Assembly (NCBI GenBank): GCA_001829415.1
Contig: MIBE01000010.1
Coordinates: 69,926-133,925 of the forward strand
Reading direction: 5' to 3'
Length of the DNA stretch: 64,000 nucleotides
DNA from: Spirochaetes bacterium GWF1_51_8
GTDB lineage: Bacteria > Spirochaetota > Brevinematia > Brevinematales > GWF1-51-8
Position numbers and translations under genes: made by a program. Of this stretch, positions 8,134-18,030 are shown piece after piece. Within the stretch, counting starts at the first letter, position 1. Every line of letters begins with the position of its first letter. The notes beneath the pieces are model-generated. The model saw only the letters and a program-made list of their open reading frames with translations, had not been told where the DNA came from and did no database searches.

Positions 8134-9165
8134 CTATTTCAGGAAGTCCGCGACTAGTGCCGCGAACTCGGCGGGTTTACCCTCGTAGGGGAAATGGTCC
8201 GCGCCCTCGATAACTTTCAGGGTCGAGTTCGGCAGGATCGACTGGTAGAACTTGCTCGCCTCGACCGGGCAAAGGTCCTTATCGCCGTGAAGGATCAGCA
8301 CCGGAATATCGACCGTTTTGACAAACTCGGCCGCGTCGAGCCGTTCGCCCGTGCTGAAGTTCGGCCCGTGTCCCGCCCATCCGCCCGTCCTGTCCATTGC
8401 GACCGGTGTCATCGGAAGCCCCATATTCGAACAGGCCGCCGCGTAGTAGATAAAAAATTCCTCGTTGAGCAGACGTAAAGTGTCTTCGGTGTGCATGAAG
8501 AGATTGCCGTAGTCGAAGTAACGTTTCATATAGTCCTGATAGTTCGAGATCATACTATCCGGCAGGTTAAACATCACGAGGTCGTAGAGGCCGGGTATCT
8601 CCTTGGGGTTCTTGATCATATGCGCCGGGGAGATCAGCACCATCTTCTCGACATGCCCGGGGAATTCCGCGGCATAAAGCGCGGCGAGGAATCCGCCGTA
8701 AGAATGCCCGATCAGGATGAGTTTATCGACATTGAGGATTTGCCTGATCTGCTCGATATCCGAAAGAAGCGCGCCCAGCCCGAGTTTCGACTCGAGTGTC
8801 GTCATGTTCTTGAAGTAGTCGGGCGAGTCGAGCACCCATACGGGACTGTCGGATTTCCCGCAGCCGCGCTGGTGGAAGTAATGGAACTGATACTCCTCCG
8901 TGAGGGGTTCGAGCCCCGTCCATTCCTTCGCGTAGGGGAAGCCCGGCCCGCCGTGAAGCACGAGCACCGGGGTGCCGTTACCCTGGCTGAAATGGTAGAG
9001 CTGGGTGCCGTCCGCCATCGTCCAGTACGGACTGGTGCTGAGTTGTTCCGGCGCGGCGATCTTCAAATCCTTGAGCTTGCCCGGCTGGTACATTCCCTGC
9101 ATCGGCCCGCAGGATGTGAGCGCGGCGAGAGTAAGAAGAATGAAGTACGGTATAAACTGTTTCAT
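8134..9165 (-). CDS. Alpha/beta hydrolase lipoprotein (proline iminopeptidase-like)
   Basis: Lipobox LAALTSCG, HGGPG oxyanion motif, nucleophile elbow GHSYGG, and C-terminal GDKD...ADHFP. Confidence 0.8.
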   Translation of the reverse strand: MKQFIPYFILLTLAALTSCGPMQGMYQPGKLKDLKIAAPEQLSTSPYWTMADGTQLYHFSQGNGTPVLVLHGGPGFPYAKEWTGLEPLTEEYQFHYFHQRGCGKSDSPVWVLDSPDYFKNMTTLESKLGLGALLSDIEQIRQILNVDKLILIGHSYGGFLAALYAAEFPGHVEKMVLISPAHMIKNPKEIPGLYDLVMFNLPDSMISNYQDYMKRYFDYGNLFMHTEDTLRLLNEEFFIYYAAACSNMGLPMTPVAMDRTGGWAGHGPNFSTGERLDAAEFVKTVDIPVLILHGDKDLCPVEASKFYQSILPNSTLKVIEGADHFPYEGKPAEFAALVADFLK

Positions 9166-9175
9166 GTTCGGCCTC

Positions 9176-9793
9176 CTATATTTTATCCATCGGCTGACGG
9201 ATGATTGTTTTCCATTTCGCGGGAATTGTTCTCCGGATATCGGTCAGGTAGATTTCATGGTGATAATCCCGGTTGCGGTATCCTTGAGCGGTGATAAAAT
9301 CGTGCAGTTTTCTGATGGTCGCGGGTTCTTCGGTGAACGGCCCCACGTGCAGGATTTGCGCGCAGAGCCCCTCGCGGTAGGGTTCGAAACGGAGCTTGCC
9401 GAGGGCGGCGGGATTTTTCTTACGGCGAACATCCTCGACCGCGCGGCCGTACATCTCGCGGGTGACGAACCCGGGCTGCAGGATCATCATCCGCCATTTC
9501 CACAAGTCGCGTTTCGACTCGGTAAAGCTTGAAAGGTCGTCCGCCCACCACAGCCCTTCGAGGGGCATCACCCCGAAATCGATTTCCGGCGGTGCTTTTT
9601 TAACCATAAACTTGATCGCGTAAGCGACCGGGTAGAGCGCGTTCAACGCCTCCATGTATTCGGCGGACTTGTTCGGATCGCCCTGTCCCTCGATAGCGAG
9701 ATAGTTCCATTCCGGGAGTTCGACAATCGACGGCTCGCCGGGCTTCTGGCCGTAAAAGTTCTTCATCTCTTTCTTCAGGTCTCTTTTTTCCAT
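9176..9793 (-). CDS. GyrI-like small-molecule-binding domain protein
   Basis: 205 aa. ELPEWNYLAIEGQGDP...YPVAYAIKF...EGLWW...GLCAQILHVGPF pattern is typical of the GyrI-like/SOUL fold. Confidence 0.7.
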   Translation of the reverse strand: MEKRDLKKEMKNFYGQKPGEPSIVELPEWNYLAIEGQGDPNKSAEYMEALNALYPVAYAIKFMVKKAPPEIDFGVMPLEGLWWADDLSSFTESKRDLWKWRMMILQPGFVTREMYGRAVEDVRRKKNPAALGKLRFEPYREGLCAQILHVGPFTEEPATIRKLHDFITAQGYRNRDYHHEIYLTDIRRTIPAKWKTIIRQPMDKI

Positions 9794-9803
9794 CTATCGC
9801 CTC

Positions 9804-10259
9804 CTATTTCCGGGACTTGCCCGTCATCGAGTCTATGTCGATACGGATCACGAGTGTCCGCGAAAGCTCGTTTTCATCGAACTCGTGCCCGCGCCCGGAG
9901 TATTTCACCATGATCGCGTTTAGCCCCGCGATCTTCTCTCCGCGCTCTTCGATAATCGAAGCACGCCCGTTCAGGACGACGCTCTCGTAGCGCAAGCCCC
10001 ATCCGCACGCGGTTTCCGATCGAACGATCGATTCGCTTGCGACGGCGGTGAACGAGACCGACGGGTTTGCGCGGATCAGCTCGAGCTTCCTGCCCTCGGG
10101 CGCGCAGTGAAGGTAGAGCCTGCCGTCCGTGTAGCCGTAGTTAAACGGGATGCAGTACGGCGTATCGCCATCGCACATCGCGAGCACCCCGTAAGGCGCT
10201 TTCATCAGTATCTCGAGGATCGCTTCGGGCGATACTATCTCACGGTCCTTTCTCCGCAT
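9804..10259 (-). CDS. Pyridoxamine 5'-phosphate oxidase-family (FMN-binding split barrel) protein
   Basis: 151 aa. MRRKDREI...YGVLAMCDGDTPYCIPFNY...LYLHCAPEGRKLE is the typical N-terminal pattern of this family. Confidence 0.75.
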   Translation of the reverse strand: MRRKDREIVSPEAILEILMKAPYGVLAMCDGDTPYCIPFNYGYTDGRLYLHCAPEGRKLELIRANPSVSFTAVASESIVRSETACGWGLRYESVVLNGRASIIEERGEKIAGLNAIMVKYSGRGHEFDENELSRTLVIRIDIDSMTGKSRK

Positions 10260-10262
10260 CGG

Positions 10263-11255
10263 TTATTTCTCCATTTCATAGTAGTTCAGCGCCGAAAGCG
10301 CCCTTAACGTCACCCATTCGCCTTCCTGTCCGTCCTTCTCCAGATTGACCGCGAGCATTCGCCTGTGGGAACGCCCGTTCGTCCACCACCCGTTCGGCAG
10401 ACGTTTGGACAGCAGTAAGTCGACTGCGTCGCCGGTGCGGCTGTCACGTACCCCCAGCTTCGCGAGGATAGTGAGGACTTCGAGGATATCGCTTTCCCAA
10501 AGATTCGGAAAGCCGAGCTCGGTCCATTTCTTCATCGCGATGCGTTCGGGATTTCGGCTGCTTTTATGAATACGGTGGATCAGGATATACTCGATTCCCT
10601 TTGTGATCGCGGCGTCAATCTTTTCGGTACGCTGTTCCGGCGGCAGTTCCGCGAACGCCTTAAGCATTTTTACTACACCTTGGTGGCAGGTATGCCGTCC
10701 CCAGCATTTCTCGAAACGGTAAAAACTTTCGCTGCCTGCCCGGACTTCGCCATCGCCGTCGTCGTAACGCTGGTAGGACGCCATCCAGTCCAGAGCCTGT
10801 TTCACACGTGGGTCGCCGCCGTATCCGAAGCGGATGAGCGCCCACACCATGTTTCCTGTCAGGCACGGGATGATGCTGTCGGTGCGGCCGCCGCCGGTAT
10901 CGCCGGAATAGGCGAATCCTCCGCTCGTTCTGTCGTAGGACGCGGAGAGCAGAAACTCACACATCGAGCGGATACGCGGGTCGCCGCCGTCGGCATAAAG
11001 ATCGGCGAGAAGGATCATATTCCAGACCGTGCCTTTATATTTGCTGCGGACATAAAAGTCCTCCGGCTGTCCCCAGTACCCGCCGGGATTTTGCTTACCG
11101 AGGATAGCGGGCACCGGCCCTTCGGACATGACCGCGCGTTTCGCCTGAACCACCGCCGGATCGTCTTCGGGGCGGCCTTCGAGAGCTGTAAGCGCCTCGT
11201 AACGGACGGACGGGTACTTCGAAGAAAGCAGTTTTTCGACGATTTCGTTATCCAT
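10263..11255 (-). CDS. Alpha/alpha-toroid (prenyltransferase/terpene-cyclase-like repeat) protein, function unknown
   Basis: 330 aa with repeated GGYWG / GGFAY / NGWW aromatic-Gly repeats. Overlaps the padR stop by 8 nt. Confidence 0.45.
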   Translation of the reverse strand: MDNEIVEKLLSSKYPSVRYEALTALEGRPEDDPAVVQAKRAVMSEGPVPAILGKQNPGGYWGQPEDFYVRSKYKGTVWNMILLADLYADGGDPRIRSMCEFLLSASYDRTSGGFAYSGDTGGGRTDSIIPCLTGNMVWALIRFGYGGDPRVKQALDWMASYQRYDDGDGEVRAGSESFYRFEKCWGRHTCHQGVVKMLKAFAELPPEQRTEKIDAAITKGIEYILIHRIHKSSRNPERIAMKKWTELGFPNLWESDILEVLTILAKLGVRDSRTGDAVDLLLSKRLPNGWWTNGRSHRRMLAVNLEKDGQEGEWVTLRALSALNYYEMEK

Positions 11256-11829
11256 CGCGGCCTCCCTCCCGGTCTATTTCAGTGATCGCTTTTTCAATGA
11301 AATCGAGCTCGTTACGAAGCTGGGAGAACGAGTGCTCGAACAATAAACGCGCGGGCAAAGGAAGGTGTTCGCCGCCCTGCGCATGGTATGTCCGTTCGAC
11401 CGATATAAGGACGGTGTTCAGCCCGTCTCGCCGTCTGCCGAGCGCCTCGATCTGCTCGGGCTTACTCAGGATCGGGATGCCCGCGAGAGCGAGATCGAAA
11501 CGGCTGTGGCGCGAGCCGGGAGACGATAACGCGGCATAGACTGCGTCCCTAAGCGCGCGGATACCCGTATCGGTCAGGCTGTAGAGCCTCGGAAGCGGGC
11601 CGCGCCCTTTCTTCTCGAGATCGAGCCTGCCGCCCGCGAAGCCCCGTTTCTTCAGCTTATCGAGCCCCATATAGATCGAGGTCGTCCCGATATCCGCCCA
11701 ACTACGGAATCCGCGTTCCTCGATCAGGGTGTCGATATCGTAACCCGAGATTTCACCCTTTTCGAGGATGATCTCCATCAGCGCGAATTCCGCGTTCGAG
11801 ATCTGATTTTCGCTATTCTTATACTTCAT
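11248..11829 (-). CDS. PadR-family transcriptional regulator
   Basis: 193 aa. Winged-helix GEISGYDI...SIYMGLDKLKKRGF...YSLTDTG. First gene of a minus-strand cluster running down to 8134. Confidence 0.85.
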   Translation of the reverse strand: MKYKNSENQISNAEFALMEIILEKGEISGYDIDTLIEERGFRSWADIGTTSIYMGLDKLKKRGFAGGRLDLEKKGRGPLPRLYSLTDTGIRALRDAVYAALSSPGSRHSRFDLALAGIPILSKPEQIEALGRRRDGLNTVLISVERTYHAQGGEHLPLPARLLFEHSFSQLRNELDFIEKAITEIDREGGRDG

Positions 11830-11864
11830 ATATGTAATATAACATATATGAAGTAAAAAGTCAA
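11824..11864 (-). promoter_or_regulatory. padR promoter with a perfect 12-6-12 palindromic operator
   Basis: Minus strand: TTGACT (11864-11859), 17 nt, TATATT (11841-11836), 6 nt, ATG (11829). Palindrome CTTCATATATGT-AATATA-ACATATATGAAG at 11824-11853 covers the -10 box and the start codon. Confidence 0.65.
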
Positions 11865-11930
11865 GGGGGTAAAAGATTTTTTTTATTTCGCGGGCGTGTT
11901 ATAATACGGAACGGTTATTCGGAGGAACGA

Positions 11931-12776
11931 ATGATAATGAGACTCTTGTCGAAGGTTTTCGGGAAGAAGAGCAAGACGCGCGTGGAAATAGCGCGCGACG
12001 CGTACGAACGGAAGGATATGAAACTGCATAAAACCGCCCACGAGCTACAGGCTATCGGTAACGAGCCGTGGCACAAGACCGGAGCGGGGCGTTATATCGG
12101 CTCGGCGGTCTACGGCGCGAGCGACGGGATCGTTACGACGTTCGCGGTAGTGGCGGGTGTCGCCGGGGCGAGTCTTTCCCCGGGCGTGGTGCTGATCCTC
12201 GGCTTCGCGAACCTCTTCGCGGACGGGTTCTCGATGGCGGTCGGCGACTACCTTTCGTCGAAATCCGAAAAAGACTATTTTAAAAGCGAGCGCGACCGGG
12301 AAGCGTGGGAAGTGGAAGTCACTCCCGAAGGGGAAACCGCCGAGATACGCGAGATTTACCGAAGGAAGGGGCTGGAAGGCGAACAGCTTGACAAGATGGT
12401 CGAGATCGTGACGGCGAACAAGGAGCTTTGGATCGAGACGATGATGCACGAAGAGCTCGGTATGATGGAAGATGGCGAGACATCGCCGATAAAAAGCTCG
12501 ATTGTCACATTCCTCTCGTTCGTGATCGCGGGTTTCATGCCGCTTGCCGCCTACGTCTTCGCATCGTACATCCCGGTGTTCCGGCAGAATCTTTTCCTTT
12601 CGGCGTCGGTCATCACGGGAGCGACCCTGTTCGCGGTAGGGGCGCTGCGTCAGAGGATCACGGCGGTCAAATGGTACCTCGGCGGGCTCGAGATGCTTCT
12701 TGTCGGCGGGCTTTCAGCGGCGGTGGCTTATTTCGTCGGCTTCCTTCTCAAAACCATTTTCGGGATCAGTGTCTGA
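11931..12776 (+). CDS. VIT1/CCC1-family iron/manganese transporter
   Basis: 281 aa. GASDGIVTTFAVVAG, FADGFSMAVGDYLS and a central acidic cytoplasmic helix region (EAWEVEVTPEGE). Confidence 0.8.
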   Translation: MIMRLLSKVFGKKSKTRVEIARDAYERKDMKLHKTAHELQAIGNEPWHKTGAGRYIGSAVYGASDGIVTTFAVVAGVAGASLSPGVVLILGFANLFADGFSMAVGDYLSSKSEKDYFKSERDREAWEVEVTPEGETAEIREIYRRKGLEGEQLDKMVEIVTANKELWIETMMHEELGMMEDGETSPIKSSIVTFLSFVIAGFMPLAAYVFASYIPVFRQNLFLSASVITGATLFAVGALRQRITAVKWYLGGLEMLLVGGLSAAVAYFVGFLLKTIFGISV

Positions 12777-13651
12777 TGAAAGTCCTCGTCCCGCGCCATT
12801 CCGGGTTTTGTCCCGGGGTCAAGACCGCCGAAAAGGAGATTTTCCGTCAACGCGAGAATTCCGGCGGGGCGATTTATGTCTTCGGCGAACTCATCCATAA
12901 CAAGAGCTATATCTCTCACCTGAGGGATAACGATATTATAACCGCGCGCGAAAGGTCGGAAATCCCGCCCGGCGCGGTGACCGCGATCCGGACTCACGGC
13001 ATGGACCGCGGCGAGGAGGAACAGCTCAGGAAATCGTTCGAGGTGATCGACCTGACATGCGTTAAAGTGAAGAAGCTCCAGGAGTTGATCCGCGGATTCT
13101 CGGATAACGGCTATCATATCGTGATCGCCGGGAAGAAAGACCACCCCGAGGTATTGGGATTAATCAGCTACGCGGAAAGCTTTACCGTGATCGAGAATCT
13201 CCGCGAGCTGGACGAATATACCGGCGGGCTTGGGGAAGGGAAGGGATATGGTAAGATCGCGGTCGTTTCGCAGACCACGTCGCCGGAAGAGCTTTTCGAT
13301 GCGGTCTGCGCGAAGATCGGTGCGGCGCTTCCCGTGGGAGTGGAGTTTAAGGCGGTCAACTCGATCTGCCCCGTGACCACCCTCCGCGAGCAATGCGCTA
13401 TCGGGCTGCAGGATGGCGCAGATATCACCTTTGTGATCGGCGACGAAAAATCTTCGAACTCCAAAAAACTATTCGAAATATTGAAACGGCGTTCGGATAA
13501 CACGTGGTTTGTCGAAGACCTTGACGGGGTGAAAAAAGTCCTTTCCGGCGGGATGGAACTGCGCCCGGAAATGACCGCCCTTGTCGTCTCGTCGTCGTCC
13601 ACTCCGGCGTTCGTCGAACAAAAAATCCGGGATTTCCTGCTCAATATTTAG
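12776..13651 (+). CDS. ispH: 4-hydroxy-3-methylbut-2-enyl diphosphate reductase
   Basis: ORF 12428..13651 trimmed to ATG 12776, which overlaps the upstream TGA. MKVLVPRHSGFCPGV, IHNKSY, VVSQTT and NSICPVT motifs supply the three Cys ligands. Confidence 0.9.
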   Translation: MKVLVPRHSGFCPGVKTAEKEIFRQRENSGGAIYVFGELIHNKSYISHLRDNDIITARERSEIPPGAVTAIRTHGMDRGEEEQLRKSFEVIDLTCVKVKKLQELIRGFSDNGYHIVIAGKKDHPEVLGLISYAESFTVIENLRELDEYTGGLGEGKGYGKIAVVSQTTSPEELFDAVCAKIGAALPVGVEFKAVNSICPVTTLREQCAIGLQDGADITFVIGDEKSSNSKKLFEILKRRSDNTWFVEDLDGVKKVLSGGMELRPEMTALVVSSSSTPAFVEQKIRDFLLNI

Positions 13652-13717
13652 CAAATGTCGATGAAAAGGATTATAATTTATCGAAGGTAAAAAAGGTTTT
13701 ATCCGGCTGGGGATACG

Positions 13718-16700
13718 ATGAACGGAATAGGCGATATAATCAGGAGCGAATGGAACAAGGCTCGAGAGGGCATCATACGGAGCCTGATTCTCAAAAATAA
13801 TTCACCGTCGATGGGCGCTTCCGATCTTGAACTTGTCCGGAACAATGCGGCGCATCCCGAAAACTTTTTCCATTATAACCTGCGCTCCACGGAATCCGTA
13901 TCGCCTTATTACCCGTTACTGGATAGCCTGTTTTCACTCATCGCATCGCGGGAAGCCGGGGATATCGAATCGGTCGTTTCCTCGGCGGGAATCTATCCCC
14001 TTCACCGGCGCATCTTTATCGATGCATACAGCCGAAGGCCGATCGTACGCGACGAGGAACTGATCGACGAGGAGCTGTCGTTCGAACGGCTGGAAATGAA
14101 GCATTCTATCCTCAACCTGTTCAATTATCTCACCGAAGGCAAGCCGTTCCTCATCCTGATAGAAAACATCCAGAATATGTCGGATTCTACTCTCGAAATG
14201 CTCGATTTCTTCCATCAGAATTCCCGCAGGGCATCGGGCTTGTTCGTTATGACCTATATTCCCGATCAGGTTTCGGTGTTCGAGAAACGCGAGTATCTCG
14301 CGAAGATCATCGAGACTGGGGGCGGCGAACGCCAGTACGAGCTTGAAACCGGGATAGACTCTCCCGGGGTGAAACCCGAAAGAAAAAAGGGCGGTACGAG
14401 CGATATCGTGAAGAGGATCGACGAGTGCGAATCACTTCTCCGTTTCTTCAACCTCCCGGAATGTAAAACACTCGCATTGGAGATATACGAGCAGATCGAG
14501 AAGGAAAGCGAGAAGGCATACGAGGAGCATAAACTCCGCCTGCTCGTGATACTCGGCGATGTGTTTAAATATCTGGGGGACTCGGGCGGCGGCCTGTTTT
14601 ACTACAACCTGCTGATCGATAACGCGAGAAAGTTCGGTCATAACGGCTACATCCTCAAGGCGATGCGGTGTATCGCATCAATTTACATAGTTCGGGGCAA
14701 CAACGAGGAAGCCCGGCACGAAGTTTCGACAGGGATAAAGTTCGCCGAACAGTACGGCAGTGATGAAGAACGGTTTTATCTTTACTTCGACCTCTACATG
14801 ATCTACCAGCAGGAGCACCGGATCGTCTATATGAGGAACGCCGCCGATACGGTCTTTTCGTTCGCGGGGCGTGTGGACAAACCCAATCATTTCGCGATGG
14901 TGTACCTTGTCGATATCTACGACCCGGACCAGGAATTCCGGCTCAATAAAAACATTTCGCGCGGTCTTTCAATCCTGCGGAAGATCAAGAACCGTTTCCG
15001 TCTCGCGAAATACCACCACCAGGTGGGCGCGATGCGGATCTACACGGGCAGCCACAAGGAAGGGCTGAAAGACCTGAAGAAAGCGAGGAAAATATTTTAC
15101 CAGCTCGGCGAGTTCAAGTTCGCGCAGAAGATCAATAACAGCCTCGGGTATTACTATTTTATCCGGGGGCTTTACGCCGATTCCGTCAAAACGTTTTTCA
15201 AGGCGCTCGACCTTGTGTCGCGTGATAAGGATTTTTACGAGGCGACGATCACCGTCTTTAACATCGCGTTCCTGTTCTTTTATATCTTCGAGTACCGACT
15301 CGCTTTGGAGTATTTCGAGTACCTGATATCCATGATGAAGTCCCTCGAACTCCGGTTTATCCCGTACCACCCGATAGAAGAGGTCTACCTGTTCTGCGCG
15401 ATCATTCTGCTGAAACTCGGTTCGGCGGGTGAAGCGGAATACTACTTCAAGCTGTCCCGGAAAAGAATCACCTCGTCGAATACCCGGCTAGAAGACTGGG
15501 CGGAACCGAGGCTTTGGGTGAAGTATTATCTGGGACTCCGTCACGGCGAGGATTCTTATTTCGCGGGTATCATAAAAACGCTGGAACAGCCCCGGAGCAA
15601 TGTTTACTTTATTACAGTCGCCCCGCACCTTTACCTCGAATACGCCCGGTTTATCCGGGACAAACTGGGCGATCCGGAACGCGCGGCCGCAGTTATCGAG
15701 AGGGGGCTGGAAGTCTGCCGCATGAACGACCGGCATCCGTTCGACAGGTACCTTCTGAGAGAGCTCAATCGGGATATTCGGATTCCCCCGATGACCGTCG
15801 CATCGGGGAAGACCGAGATGCTTTCCTCGATGATCAACACGATCGAGTACGACCGGAACCAGAACAAAATCCATTCGCTGATCGACAGAATCCATTTCCT
15901 GAACACATTCCAGGCCATGATCGACGGGCTGCGGAGCAGGGAAGCGATTCTCAGGAAATCGTTCACTCTCATCACGGAAAACCTGATCGTCGAGAGATCG
16001 TTCGTCGTATTCGTGAGCGCACAGGGAGAGATGATCTTCGACAGTTCGATCGATAAGGACAGCGAGGAGAAGGTCCGTTCGATGATGCGGGTCCTGCTCC
16101 GTTACCCCTCGTACTTCTGCGAAGAGGTCGTGGAGGAACCCGAGCTGAAGGTCGTCAATCCGTTCGGTTTCCATTCCGTCGCGTCGTTCGTGATCGACGA
16201 GAGCATACGGGGAAAGCACTTTTTCCTCTATGCCACGCTGAGCGTCGAACGGAGGATCGGCCCCGAGGACTATCAAATCCTATCTCTGTTATCCAAGCAG
16301 ATCGTGTTCGCGCTTGAAAAGAACAACCTCTATGAGGAACTCGAGAACGAACGGAACGATCTCCTGCACCGGAATAAGATTATCGATAACGAGCTGGAGA
16401 TGGCGAAAAAGATACAGCTGAATATGATCCCGCGTCATAGTCCGAGGCCGGGTATCGCCTACTTCTACCTGCCGATGGAGCAATTGGGCGGCGACTTCTT
16501 CGACTTTATCCAGATCGGCCCGGACAGGATCGGGGTGTTTATTTCCGACGTTTCCGGACACGGAGTCCCCGCGGCGTTCGTGACGTCGATGATCAAGAGT
16601 TTTATCCTCCAAACCACGCTCCATGACGATCCCGCGCAGATGCTCCAGCAGTTGAACCAGTCGCTATTTAACCAGACGGCCGGATTGTTCATCACGGCGT

Positions 16701-17143
16701 TCTACGGAATTATCGACTTCTCCGGCCTGACACTCCGTTTCGCCAACGCCGGGCATAATATGCCGTTCTTTCTCCGCAAAGAGAAAGGTGAAGTGACGTT
16801 AACTCAAATACCCAGTTACCACAACGGGATGCCGATAGGGGTTTTTTCCACACAGGAAATGGCGGATATCAAAAGAGAATTTGAGAACCAGCAGATCGCG
16901 CTGGCAAAGGACGATAAGCTGATCTTCTACACGGACGGATTGACCGAAGCGATTAATATTATGAGTCCCGATTCTGCCGAGCAGAAGATCGACTACGAGA
17001 ATACCCGGCTGACGGAAACCCTCATTTCAGGATGGGGGCTTGATTCGAATGCGTTTCTGGAGAAGATATTCGCGGATTTGGTGGAATTCAGAGGAAGCGA
17101 AAACTTCGACGACGATATCTGCATCATCTGCATCCATGTCTGA
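13718..17143 (+). CDS. Large multidomain SpoIIE/PP2C serine phosphatase (N-terminal region lacking a P-loop, TPR-like repeats, GAF-like region, PP2C)
   Basis: 1141 aa. C-terminus has GGDFFDF, SDVSGHGVPAAF, NAGHN, YTDGLTEA and DDICIICI. The middle is helical-repeat rich. I saw no Walker A motif at the N-terminus. Confidence 0.8.
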   Translation: MNGIGDIIRSEWNKAREGIIRSLILKNNSPSMGASDLELVRNNAAHPENFFHYNLRSTESVSPYYPLLDSLFSLIASREAGDIESVVSSAGIYPLHRRIFIDAYSRRPIVRDEELIDEELSFERLEMKHSILNLFNYLTEGKPFLILIENIQNMSDSTLEMLDFFHQNSRRASGLFVMTYIPDQVSVFEKREYLAKIIETGGGERQYELETGIDSPGVKPERKKGGTSDIVKRIDECESLLRFFNLPECKTLALEIYEQIEKESEKAYEEHKLRLLVILGDVFKYLGDSGGGLFYYNLLIDNARKFGHNGYILKAMRCIASIYIVRGNNEEARHEVSTGIKFAEQYGSDEERFYLYFDLYMIYQQEHRIVYMRNAADTVFSFAGRVDKPNHFAMVYLVDIYDPDQEFRLNKNISRGLSILRKIKNRFRLAKYHHQVGAMRIYTGSHKEGLKDLKKARKIFYQLGEFKFAQKINNSLGYYYFIRGLYADSVKTFFKALDLVSRDKDFYEATITVFNIAFLFFYIFEYRLALEYFEYLISMMKSLELRFIPYHPIEEVYLFCAIILLKLGSAGEAEYYFKLSRKRITSSNTRLEDWAEPRLWVKYYLGLRHGEDSYFAGIIKTLEQPRSNVYFITVAPHLYLEYARFIRDKLGDPERAAAVIERGLEVCRMNDRHPFDRYLLRELNRDIRIPPMTVASGKTEMLSSMINTIEYDRNQNKIHSLIDRIHFLNTFQAMIDGLRSREAILRKSFTLITENLIVERSFVVFVSAQGEMIFDSSIDKDSEEKVRSMMRVLLRYPSYFCEEVVEEPELKVVNPFGFHSVASFVIDESIRGKHFFLYATLSVERRIGPEDYQILSLLSKQIVFALEKNNLYEELENERNDLLHRNKIIDNELEMAKKIQLNMIPRHSPRPGIAYFYLPMEQLGGDFFDFIQIGPDRIGVFISDVSGHGVPAAFVTSMIKSFILQTTLHDDPAQMLQQLNQSLFNQTAGLFITAFYGIIDFSGLTLRFANAGHNMPFFLRKEKGEVTLTQIPSYHNGMPIGVFSTQEMADIKREFENQQIALAKDDKLIFYTDGLTEAINIMSPDSAEQKIDYENTRLTETLISGWGLDSNAFLEKIFADLVEFRGSENFDDDICIICIHV

Positions 17144-17148
17144 TAGAA

Positions 17149-18030
17149 TTACTTCCAGTATTTGCCGTAGAGAAGCTCGAGTTTTTTCTTAGCGTCAGGC
17201 GAGACCGTGCTCATATCGGTCATCACCGCGAACCGGGCGGCGTTCGTGCACCCGCAGGCGCGTTCTTCACCGAGACCCTGCAGGACGAGCGGCAGGACGG
17301 AGTTGATCGTTTTGTTGTTTTCCTTCATATGCCCGAGCACCATCCCCACGCCGACTTCCTCGGTATCCTCGCGCCAACTGTCATAGTCGGTCGCCATCGC
17401 GATAGTGATATAGCACATTTCCGCTTCACGCGCGAGTTTCGCCTCGGGCAGGGCAGTCATCCCGATAATACCCGCGCCCCAGCTTTTATAAAGACGGCTC
17501 TCGGCGCGTGTGGAGAACTGCGGCCCTTCCATCACCACCAGCGTCTCGTCAGTGAATAGTTTTTTATCCGGGGACTTTGCGCGGAAGTAATCGCCGATGA
17601 TCCGTGCGGCTTGCGCTCTTGTTTCTTCGCAGAACGGGTCGGCGAACGCGATATGGCCGACAATCCCGCCGCCGAAAAAGGTGGACGGGCGGTTTTTCGT
17701 CCTATCGACGATCTGGCGGGGCAGGATGAAGTCGGTCGGTCGAATCTCTTCCTTGAGACTGCCGACCGCGCTGACGGAAACGATCTTTTCCACCCCGAGC
17801 ATCTTGAACGCATAGATATTCGCGAGCTGGGGAACTTCCGACGGGGTATAACGGTGAGTCCGGCCGTGACGCGGAAGGAATGCCGCCTTGCGGCCGCCCA
17901 GTTCGCCGATCACGATCTTGTCGGACGGTTTCCCGAACGGCGTATCGATATCCAGTTCCTCGATTATTTTCAGGCCGTCGAGCGAGTACACTCCGCTCCC
18001 GCCGATCACTCCGATACGGATGGTTTCCAT
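17149..18030 (-). CDS. mtnP: S-methyl-5'-thioadenosine phosphorylase
   Basis: ORF 17149..18138 trimmed to METIRIGVIGGSG (ATG 18030). FLPRHG, SAVGSL and MTALPEAKLAREAE motifs. The upstream 36 aa are Arg/Gly-rich and overlap tsaE. Confidence 0.88.
   Translation of the reverse strand: METIRIGVIGGSGVYSLDGLKIIEELDIDTPFGKPSDKIVIGELGGRKAAFLPRHGRTHRYTPSEVPQLANIYAFKMLGVEKIVSVSAVGSLKEEIRPTDFILPRQIVDRTKNRPSTFFGGGIVGHIAFADPFCEETRAQAARIIGDYFRAKSPDKKLFTDETLVVMEGPQFSTRAESRLYKSWGAGIIGMTALPEAKLAREAEMCYITIAMATDYDSWREDTEEVGVGMVLGHMKENNKTINSVLPLVLQGLGEERACGCTNAARFAVMTDMSTVSPDAKKKLELLYGKYWK

Noticed and set aside
12428-12775. N-terminal extension of the ispH ORF (12428..13651)
   Set aside because: It overlaps the VIT1 gene in another frame and is Arg-rich. 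ispH homology starts at MKVLVPRHSGFCPGV (ATG 12776).
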